IMG/VR virus record: IMGVR_UViG_3300011335_000188
Location: 1 to 36,074 of that record
From: a virus
Taxonomy: Duplodnaviria > Caudoviricetes
Strand: one strand, 5' to 3'
DNA: 36,074 bases
Shown: in pieces, positions 17,753-24,202 of the stretch
Position numbering within the stretch: the first letter of the stretch is position 1
How the letters are laid out: each line of letters opens with the position of its first letter
Translations under genes and position numbers: made by a program
The notes under the pieces: model-generated
Told to the model about the DNA's origin: nothing
The model's database searches: none
The model's input: the letters and a program-made list of their open reading frames with translations, nothing else

Positions 17753-17797
17753 ATATTAAGCAAACTTAACATATAGTGCAACTAGGGACAAACCCTA
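17753..17797 (-). promoter_or_regulatory. Leftward sigma70-like promoter with operator and TAGGG palindrome
   Basis: TTGCAC(17781-17776)-N17-TAATAT(17758-17753); TTAAG-CAAA-CTTAA 17756-17769; TAGGG-ACAAA-CCCTA 17783-17797. Confidence 0.75.
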
Positions 17798-17814
17798 ATG
17801 TAGCAAAAAAGCAA

Positions 17815-17903
17815 CAGGGCAGATTTGGTAGCTGTTAGCTGTAACGCAGAAAGCCACAAAATTCGTTACTTGCTACATCCTCTTGCGATGGCTTAACGCC
17901 CTG
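17815..17903 (-). ncRNA. Structured RNA candidate with pseudoknot
   Basis: Nested stems CAGGGC/GCCCUG, GGAU/AUCU, GUAGC/GCUAC, GUAACG/CGUUAC; loop UGGCUU complements 5' AAGCCA. Confidence 0.55.
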
Positions 17904-17912
17904 CGAAAAGGT

Positions 17913-17990
17913 GGGCTACTAGCTGTTTTGTCAGATATTGCACTACTTTCTCTGCAATTCAAGGTTTCGGTACAGCATCAGCTTTCGCCC
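17913..17990 (-). ncRNA. Structured RNA candidate with loop-E-like GAA/AGUA motif
   Basis: GGGC-GAA-AGC...GCU-AGUA-GCCC closing; GCUGU/ACAGC and AUUGCA/UGCAAU inner stems. Confidence 0.45.
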
Positions 17991-18000
17991 GTAATAAGGT

Positions 18001-18057
18001 GGGGTGGCCCTCAAGGTGTGAAGGAGAGAGTTGTGGCAGGGGGATTGCCGCCACCCC
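18001..18057 (-). ncRNA. Three-way-junction small RNA candidate with anti-SD loops
   Basis: GGGGUGGC/GCCACCCC stem; loops AUCCCCC and UCUCCUUCAC; TATAAT 6 nt upstream. Confidence 0.55.
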
Positions 18058-18064
18058 GTAGTCA

Positions 18065-18805
18065 TTATAGTTTGTTTTTAGCCCGATAAAAGGCAAGCAA
18101 ATGAGTAAAACATTCCCACCCAATTCGCAGGTCATCTTCAGGTATCTCTATTAGTTTAGCCTTATTTTGTAGGGCATTGACATAAACAATGGCACACCTA
18201 GCTGTAGGCATATCAAAGCCCTGTCTATAAGCACTTAGTTGCATTTGGTGGTCAAAGTAATAGTCGAGCTTATCTAAGTCTTTTTCAGTCGTTTTAAAGT
18301 CGATTACGCAGTTTTTAGCCACTAGGTCGCATTTACCGCCATACCCACCTTTAGCAAAGGACTTTTCAGAAACCCATAGCTGTGGGCCAAAATGCTCGTT
18401 TATGGTGCTTTCTACGACTCGGACATAGGGCGGTAGCTCAGGAATGTAAATACCCTCGTAAAACGCTTCTATGACCCCATGTATTTGTGTGCCCCGTTCT
18501 GCCGCTTGCTTGGCGGTTTCTTTACTATCGGATACAACCCGACTTAGCCAATCTTCCTCAGACTCACCCTCTAAGCGAGGTAATGTAAGTGCAGCGAGGA
18601 TGGCTTGTTGTTGTTTCCATACATCCAATGCGGGTTTTGACGCACAACCAATAATTGTGGTAACTGAGGGCAATAAGCCATGTTCTCTTGCGTCTTTGAC
18701 AGTTGTGTTTCTTTCTTTGCCATTCTTGCCAACGACCCGATAGGCTGGACTGCCATTGGGTAAGTACCAATGACCACTCTCACTTTGGTGCTCTTTCACT
18801 AACAT
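18065..18805 (-). CDS. PD-(D/E)XK exonuclease (recombination)
   Basis: LPSVTTII, RGTQIH, SEK...YGGKCDL...IDFKT, QLSAY. Confidence 0.85.
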   Translation of the reverse strand: MLVKEHQSESGHWYLPNGSPAYRVVGKNGKERNTTVKDAREHGLLPSVTTIIGCASKPALDVWKQQQAILAALTLPRLEGESEEDWLSRVVSDSKETAKQAAERGTQIHGVIEAFYEGIYIPELPPYVRVVESTINEHFGPQLWVSEKSFAKGGYGGKCDLVAKNCVIDFKTTEKDLDKLDYYFDHQMQLSAYRQGFDMPTARCAIVYVNALQNKAKLIEIPEDDLRIGWECFTHLLAFYRAKNKL

Positions 18806-18823
18806 ACATCCCCCTGTTAAACA

Positions 18824-19021
18824 TTACATTAACTGTAGTATTGCGATTCTATCATCTGAGTTTCTAACCCTGTCGGCACAAGCTTGAACCACAGTCTTAA
18901 TGACAGTTTCCAAGTCATCTTGGGCAAATCCGATAATGGGTACTTCTTCATCGTAGCCCCGTTCTTGAAAGGTCTTGACTGTATATTTTTGGTCAATAAA
19001 GTCTTTAATCATGTGGTTCAT
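18824..19021 (-). CDS. Hypothetical protein
   Basis: 65 aa, AGGAG RBS. Confidence 0.6.
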   Translation of the reverse strand: MNHMIKDFIDQKYTVKTFQERGYDEEVPIIGFAQDDLETVIKTVVQACADRVRNSDDRIAILQLM

Positions 19022-19050
19022 GGCTTACTCCTAAAGGTTAATTCCCCCAG

Positions 19051-19179
19051 TTAGCGACAAATGGTTACCCATTGACATCCACCCCCACCACAAACATACT
19101 GTTGCCAGCAGTTTGCTTGTTGGGCTACTGCAAAACTAACTACAAAAAAGGTTGCGAATATTGCGAGTGCTTTTTTCAT
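19051..19179 (-). CDS. Secreted cysteine-rich micropeptide (42 aa, not in ORF track)
   Basis: MKKALAIFATFFVVSFAVA-QQANCWQQYVCGGGGCQWVTICR; AGGGGA RBS; Sec-type signal peptide. Confidence 0.75.
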   Translation of the reverse strand: MKKALAIFATFFVVSFAVAQQANCWQQYVCGGGGCQWVTICR

Positions 19180-19190
19180 AATTTCCCCTA

Positions 19191-19817
19191 TCAAAATGGA
19201 ACATCGTCATCAATGATTGCTGCGTCTTTTAACAGCTTGTTTACATCAGGCTTGCTAAAGGTATTGCGGTACTCGGCTGACTGCATGATTTGGTCTTTTA
19301 AGCCTTGTGATAGGCTGTCAAAAACCTCTTGGTCAAACTTCTGTAAATCAAACAAGACGCATGGGTTTACGCCTTGTGGAACGCCAGCTTTCTGTACGAT
19401 TGCGGGTACTGGGGTGATAGCCACAGCATCAGCGTAGGTATTGCCGTTTTGAGCAGTTCTATGCTGAATAGTGACCATGCACCATTTATCCAGTAGGTTT
19501 CTAAGGTCAAAGCCACGCAACTCATCATCGGTAAATGATTTGCCACGCCAAGATTCCAAGTCTTTCCGTAAAGAAGCCTTATCGCCTAGCGACAGCGTGT
19601 AGTTGCGTGTTTGGATAAGGGGTTTGCCATCATCGGTCTTTAAATCATCCCCATGAAGCTCCCAAAAAAACTTAACCTTGCGTAGCATTTTGACTTGACC
19701 CATGTACTCAGACTTCTGCGTACCTAAGTCAATAATTCGGTATAAACGAGCTAGGTGCGACCCAACTGGGGCTACCTTAAACTCTCGCTTTTCTGTAGTT
19801 GTGCCTGTCACAATCAT
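19191..19817 (-). CDS. Single-stranded DNA-binding protein-like
   Basis: Beta-rich N-terminal domain and acidic DDDVPF C-terminal tip; same operon as exonuclease. Confidence 0.75.
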   Translation of the reverse strand: MIVTGTTTEKREFKVAPVGSHLARLYRIIDLGTQKSEYMGQVKMLRKVKFFWELHGDDLKTDDGKPLIQTRNYTLSLGDKASLRKDLESWRGKSFTDDELRGFDLRNLLDKWCMVTIQHRTAQNGNTYADAVAITPVPAIVQKAGVPQGVNPCVLFDLQKFDQEVFDSLSQGLKDQIMQSAEYRNTFSKPDVNKLLKDAAIIDDDVPF

Positions 19818-20038
19818 TGTTTCCCCCCAAAAATATTAGAAAAATCATCAGCAATAGCAGACAAAACTGGATTAACCCTACGCTTGTTAGGGAGTCCGCA
19901 ATGAAACCTGATTAGGTCTATCTCTGCCAAAGTCAACATATCGCCATCTTCTGCCTTGTCTAGTGCTATGTTTAGGCGTTCTTGCTCTTGTAACTGCTCG
20001 TTATAAAGTTCTTGCATATCATCCATAATCATCTCCAA
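19814..20038 (-). CDS. Hypothetical protein
   Basis: First gene of leftward operon; GGAG RBS suggests the start may be a downstream Met. Confidence 0.6.
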   Translation of the reverse strand: MEMIMDDMQELYNEQLQEQERLNIALDKAEDGDMLTLAEIDLIRFHCGLPNKRRVNPVLSAIADDFSNIFGGKQ

Positions 20039-20064
20039 AAGTAAACAGCTTATGCTGTACTTAT

Positions 20065-20134
20065 ATATTAAGCCAAATTAAATAAATGTGCAAACTATTT
20101 GAATGTGCGTTGTTTATTTGTTAAACTTGCTTAA
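20065..20134. promoter_or_regulatory. Divergent promoter pair with two operators
   Basis: Left TTGCAC(20093-20088)-N17-TAATAT(20070-20065); right TTGAAT(20099)-N17-TAAACT(20122-20127); TTAAG-CCAA-ATTAA 20068-20081; TTAAA-CTTG-CTTAA 20121-20134. Confidence 0.75.
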
Positions 20135-20385
20135 TGCGTAAGAAAAAAGTGTTTACCGATAGCCAAATTATCGAGTTACTGGGTGGCCCTACCAAAATAG
20201 CCAAAATCTGCAAAATTAGCGTACCTGCGGTGTCTATGTGGAAAAACACAGGGATTCCAGCCGATAAGATGGTCTATTTAGGGGCTTTGCTAGAACAGGA
20301 ATCTAAGGGCTTAGTAAGCCGTAAGGACTTATTTCCTGAAAGTTACCAGTTGATATGGCCTGAACTTAACAAGGAAAAACTATGA
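20134..20385 (+). CDS. cro: Cro/YdaS-like HTH transcriptional regulator
   Basis: IIELLGGPTKIAKICKISVPAVSMWKNTGIP...SRKDLFP...IWPEL. Confidence 0.85.
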   Translation: MRKKKVFTDSQIIELLGGPTKIAKICKISVPAVSMWKNTGIPADKMVYLGALLEQESKGLVSRKDLFPESYQLIWPELNKEKL

Positions 20386-20552
20386 CAACAACAGTCGCAA
20401 CCATTAAAGTAACTGTAGATGGGCTTGTAGCTCATTTGGATATTGATGGCGAGGGTAATGCCCTTTTATTTGCAAAGTTAATAACAGCTCTTGTAAAACA
20501 GCTTGAAGAAGAAACAACAATAGAATTATCTAAAATTAGCACACGACAATAA
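20382..20552 (+). CDS. Hypothetical 56-aa protein (not in ORF track)
   Basis: AAGGA RBS, ATGA overlap with cro. Confidence 0.55.
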   Translation: MTTTVATIKVTVDGLVAHLDIDGEGNALLFAKLITALVKQLEEETTIELSKISTRQ

Positions 20553-20570
20553 TTTGTTTTATACTGTACG

Positions 20571-20696
20571 GGCAGATTGATACCTGTTTAGTAGAACTCC
20601 ATTAAGACCCTTTTGGGTAGCTTTGAGCGTTTTGGCAAGCCTGTGGAGTGCTTCCTAAAGCGGTATCAACTTAGAGCTACCCAAAGGGGTTTTCTC
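20571..20696 (+). ncRNA. c4/CI-like antisense RNA or attenuator candidate
   Basis: 22-bp stem 20606-20627/20670-20691; internal UGGAGU and GGUAUCAA complement upstream ACUCCA and UUGAUACC; TAGCAC-N17-TATACT upstream. Confidence 0.6.
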
Positions 20697-21074
20697 TTTC
20701 TGTCTAGCCCGCACACAGGCGTGATGATGCGGTAAAGGCTGTAAATACTTCAGAAGCGAAACGGCAAAAATGCCCCATATTTTGCGGATAAATGAGCAAA
20801 AATTATGGAACTGTCCTATTGTCTAACGACAGGGGAAACTGGGTAGTCTTGGTAATACATAGACCTGAACAAGCAAAAGAACCCATCATTTATTTACGAC
20901 TGATGTCCGAAACATCCGAAGTCGCATAATTCATCCTATCTACGGATAGGAGTATTACGCCCTTAATCCTCACAAACCGATTCGCATACGAAAAGTTATA
21001 CATAAGTTATATCTACCGACTTTATGTAACATATATAACCCATAAGGTATAAGTTTTGTACAAATTATAACTCA

Positions 21075-21116
21075 TAGGGTTTATCCCTATATAATTAATT
21101 ATTAAGTAAACTTAAC
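21075..21116 (+). promoter_or_regulatory. TAGGG palindrome plus operator
   Basis: TAGGG-TTTAT-CCCTA 21075-21089; TTAAG-TAAA-CTTAA 21102-21115; same arrangement as 17756-17797 inverted. Confidence 0.75.
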
Positions 21117-21138
21117 CTACAGTCTTTACGGGGGATTT

Positions 21139-21327
21139 ATGACCACATTTACTACAGAGGACAGACTTAATGCGTATAGTCATTACAAAATTTATGACGA
21201 AAACGGAGAATTAATGCGTACAGTAAAGACTAAACATGAAGCTGTACACCTTACTCAAACTTATACCGATTGGTCATACCAGTTTGTAAAAGCCCAAAAA
21301 CCTGATTTACCTGACGCACCTTTCTAA
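21139..21327 (+). CDS. Hypothetical protein
   Basis: 62 aa, GGGGGA RBS, ends DAPF. Confidence 0.65.
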   Translation: MTTFTTEDRLNAYSHYKIYDENGELMRTVKTKHEAVHLTQTYTDWSYQFVKAQKPDLPDAPF

Positions 21328-21473
21328 TGAGTGCTTGGTTAATTATTGTTACAGGTGTGATTTACGGATTCATAGCTGTCGAGCAAGCTGTTAAGGGTAA
21401 TGTGCCGATGGCAGTCGTATATAGCGGATACGCATTTAGTAATATTGGACTTTATATACTTGCAACAAAATAG
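21327..21473 (+). CDS. Small two-TM membrane protein (48 aa, not in ORF track)
   Basis: MSAWLIIVTGVIYGFIAVEQ..GN...YSGYAFSNIGLY; TAATG coupling. Confidence 0.7.
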   Translation: MSAWLIIVTGVIYGFIAVEQAVKGNVPMAVVYSGYAFSNIGLYILATK

Positions 21474-21481
21474 GGGGATGT

Positions 21482-21856
21482 GTGGAGTTTGAGAAATTTT
21501 GGATGTATTGGCCCAAAAAAGTGGCTAAAAAGAAAGCTGAACACGCTTGGTCTAAGCTCACGCAACTTGAAAAGCGTGAAGCATTAGAAGCCTTGCCTAA
21601 ACACCTAAGATACTGGCAGATTAAACAAACTGAAATAGACTATATCCCGTACCCTGCGTCTTGGATTAACGCAGCCCGTTGGGAAGATATTTTGGATATG
21701 ACCCCACCTAAACCTAAGATTGATAGGTCATGGATGTTTAGCCAACAAGGTATTGAGAACAAGGCTAGAGAACTAGGAATACTGGGTAACGGGTATGACA
21801 GCTACGAAACATTAAAGAAGAAATGTATGATGCGTATGGGTATGGAGATTGAATAA
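21482..21856 (+). CDS. Replication initiator-like protein (C-terminal-type domain only)
   Basis: FEKFWMYWPKKVAKKKAEHAWSKL...IPYPASWINAARWED resembles the C-terminal domain of phage replisome organisers. Confidence 0.65.
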   Translation: MEFEKFWMYWPKKVAKKKAEHAWSKLTQLEKREALEALPKHLRYWQIKQTEIDYIPYPASWINAARWEDILDMTPPKPKIDRSWMFSQQGIENKARELGILGNGYDSYETLKKKCMMRMGMEIE

Positions 21857-22019
21857 ATACCAATGCGGTGTCAGACAACTATGCAAATGGCGACATCAAT
21901 GGGGGTTAGCAAAGTTTAGGGAATATCTATCAACTTACAAACTTGATAGTAATTTGCTAAATGATTTTGCAGACCAATGGAAAAAAGGTAATAAAGGGGG
22001 ATGGGGAACATGGTTATAA
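21849..22019 (+). CDS. Hypothetical 56-aa protein (TTG start, not in ORF track)
   Basis: YQCGVRQLCKWR...DQWKKGNKGGWGTWL; fills gap, overlaps both neighbours. Confidence 0.55.
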   Translation: MNKYQCGVRQLCKWRHQWGLAKFREYLSTYKLDSNLLNDFADQWKKGNKGGWGTWL

Positions 22020-23074
22020 AAACAATTCAAATAGAAACAGACTCAATAACGGATGAGCTTAGTCAGTCATTTGATTACAAGTTTGATGGCAACTCTCAAT
22101 TTGAAGTACCTAAAATACCGAATCTACCAACAGAATTTGGAATTGGTTTAATTGTTGGCCCAAGCGGTAGCGGTAAATCATCTTTGTTAGAACAGTTTGG
22201 TAAAGAAAAAACAATAAATTGGAATCAAAACAAAGCCATTTGTTCACATTTTGAATCAAGCGATAAAGCCCAAGAGAAGTTAAGTGCAGTTGGTTTTAAT
22301 ACAGTCCCATCTTGGATGCGACCTTACCATGTGCTATCTACTGGTGAAAAGTTTAGAGCAGACTTGGCTATGCGACTTGAAAACAACGCTGTTATTGATG
22401 AATTTACATCGGTGGTAGATAGAAATGTGGCTAAATCATGCTCTTATGCTTTGCGTAGGTATGTTGATAAAAGCAATCTACAAAACATTATTTTGGCTAC
22501 TTGCCATTACGATATTATTGAATGGCTACAACCTGATTGGGTATATGACACAGCTACAAGCCGACTTACTGTCGGAAGGGGGTCAGTTAGGCGACCAACG
22601 ATTGAATTGGAAATGTTACCTTGTACAACCCAAGCGTGGTCAATGTTTAGCAAACATCACTATCTCACAGCAAACATCCATAAGGCTTCACAATGCTGGC
22701 TCGCTGTTTGGGATGGAGTTGTAGTGGGGTTTTGTGCAACCATACCATTTCCTAGCGGGTCATTTAAAAATGCTTGGAGAGGGCATAGAACAGTTGTTTT
22801 ACCTGATTTTCAAGGTTTGGGATTAGGGGTAAGAATATCAGACGCTATTGGTGAAATATACCTAGCTCATGGTAGAAGATATTTTTCTAAAACAGCAAGT
22901 ATTAGGTTAGGTGAATATAGGAATAATTCTGACAAATGGCGACCATGCACTACAAATATGTCAACACGACAAGGTTATTTGCGGTCAAACAAAAAAAGAA
23001 TGGGTGCACCTAAAAACTTAAAAGATTATGCAAATAGATTTTGTTATTCACATGAATATATAGGCAAAAAATGA
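22010..23074 (+). CDS. ABC-type ATPase fused to GNAT acyltransferase
   Basis: GPSGSGKS Walker A, LSTGE signature, VIDEF Walker B, ATCH H-loop; RTVVLPDFQGLGLG acetyl-CoA motif; start 22001 or 22010. Confidence 0.85.
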   Translation: MVIKTIQIETDSITDELSQSFDYKFDGNSQFEVPKIPNLPTEFGIGLIVGPSGSGKSSLLEQFGKEKTINWNQNKAICSHFESSDKAQEKLSAVGFNTVPSWMRPYHVLSTGEKFRADLAMRLENNAVIDEFTSVVDRNVAKSCSYALRRYVDKSNLQNIILATCHYDIIEWLQPDWVYDTATSRLTVGRGSVRRPTIELEMLPCTTQAWSMFSKHHYLTANIHKASQCWLAVWDGVVVGFCATIPFPSGSFKNAWRGHRTVVLPDFQGLGLGVRISDAIGEIYLAHGRRYFSKTASIRLGEYRNNSDKWRPCTTNMSTRQGYLRSNKKRMGAPKNLKDYANRFCYSHEYIGKK

Positions 23075-23400
23075 AAGATTATGACCCACACGAAGCTATA
23101 GACTTTATATTTAAAACCGCACCGCAATACGCTAAGGCCTGTGGTGAACTTGCTCAACTAGAAGCCTTTAGGCACAGTCTTAAAGCCATCAAAATGGCAC
23201 AAACTGACGAACAAAGTCTAGGCGGTCAAGAACGAGAAGCCTACCGAAGTCAAGACTATCAAGACTTATGCAAAGCCATAGGGGTAGCAACTGAACAAAA
23301 AGAAGCCCTTAGATGGCAATTAGAAGCCGCCAAGATGCGATTTGAAGCATGGCGTACCCAACAAGCAAATGACAGAAACTTAGAAAGGTTGACCCGATGA
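23071..23400 (+). CDS. Conserved helical phage protein
   Basis: 109 aa, EAWRTQQAN C-terminal motif. Confidence 0.65.
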   Translation: MKDYDPHEAIDFIFKTAPQYAKACGELAQLEAFRHSLKAIKMAQTDEQSLGGQEREAYRSQDYQDLCKAIGVATEQKEALRWQLEAAKMRFEAWRTQQANDRNLERLTR

Positions 23401-23564
23401 GAGAATTTGCCGAAGTATTCCTAGACCTAACCCGTACCATTAAACGGGTGCATGAACTTAAACTTAAAAATGACCATACCGAAGCCTATTTGTTAAGTTG
23501 CGACATAACAGATTACGCCCAAGAACTAGAAGATGTAATGCAAAAAGATGCAAACATTCAATAA
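23397..23564 (+). CDS. Hypothetical 55-aa protein (not in ORF track)
   Basis: ATGA overlap, fills gap. Confidence 0.55.
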   Translation: MREFAEVFLDLTRTIKRVHELKLKNDHTEAYLLSCDITDYAQELEDVMQKDANIQ

Positions 23565-23925
23565 GATAATGCGTAACGCTTTTGCAAGCCATATAGACTA
23601 TGGTGCGTTTTTAGGGCTATTGCCTACAAACCCACACTTTTGCCCCAGTAATATTGATGGTATAGCCGAGCGTAATGGCAAGTTTTTGGTCATGGAATGG
23701 AAACGCCCCAATGAAAAGGTTAGCGAGGGCCAACGCAGATTACTGCAAGCCTTTGCTAAAACGCCTAACTTTACTGTAGTTATTGTGCAAGGCAACACAG
23801 ATGACGGCTTAGTAATTCAAGACTATTGGCAAGTCCAACCCTACGGGTCATGCGTTAAACTCGGCACAGGGGTGGATGAATTTAAAGCCTTTTATACGAT
23901 GTGGTACGAATACGCCAATGAATAA
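23548..23925 (+). CDS. PD-(D/E)XK-fold nuclease-like protein
   Basis: SNIDG...FLVMEWK...SEGQ. Confidence 0.6.
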   Translation: MQTFNKIMRNAFASHIDYGAFLGLLPTNPHFCPSNIDGIAERNGKFLVMEWKRPNEKVSEGQRRLLQAFAKTPNFTVVIVQGNTDDGLVIQDYWQVQPYGSCVKLGTGVDEFKAFYTMWYEYANE

Positions 23926-24202
23926 AAAAGAAAGAAAACTAAATGACGATATTGCAAAACTTGGTTGCGTCTTATGCTACCACTTGGGCTTCAATGACAC
24001 CCCCGCAGAGCTTCACCATGTCAGACGATTCGGGGGCAAGCGTTCCCTCGCAGAAATATTGCCTTTATGTCCCGAACATCATCGAGGTGCTACAGGTGTG
24101 CATGGACTCGGAGCAAAAGGATTTGAGCGATACCACGAAGTTGAATTCGATACCTTACTAGGTATAGTTAAAGCTCTAATGGGTCAAAGCCAAGCTCGGT
24201 AG
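23918..24202 (+). CDS. Ref/DUF968-like zinc-binding HNH nuclease
   Basis: GCVLC...ELHH...LPLCPEHHRG..GVH. Confidence 0.75.
   Translation: MNKKERKLNDDIAKLGCVLCYHLGFNDTPAELHHVRRFGGKRSLAEILPLCPEHHRGATGVHGLGAKGFERYHEVEFDTLLGIVKALMGQSQAR

Noticed and set aside
17815-18057. tRNA genes
   Set aside because: No cloverleaf with TTCGA T-loop or CCA end seen here or elsewhere
17883-18089. 68-aa plus-strand ORF
   Set aside because: TTG start without RBS, against the local gene direction, overlapping structured RNA candidates
18065-18805. Cas4 / CRISPR system
   Set aside because: No Fe-S cysteine set, other cas genes or repeat-spacer array; fits an ordinary phage exonuclease
19072-19437. 121-aa Cys-containing plus-strand ORF
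   Set aside because: Antisense to the SSB-like and micropeptide genes, which have RBSs and fit the operon
20897-20924. Hammerhead ribozyme (CTGATG...GAAA)
   Set aside because: Core reads CUGAUGU, not CUGANGA, and the segment folds as a simple hairpin
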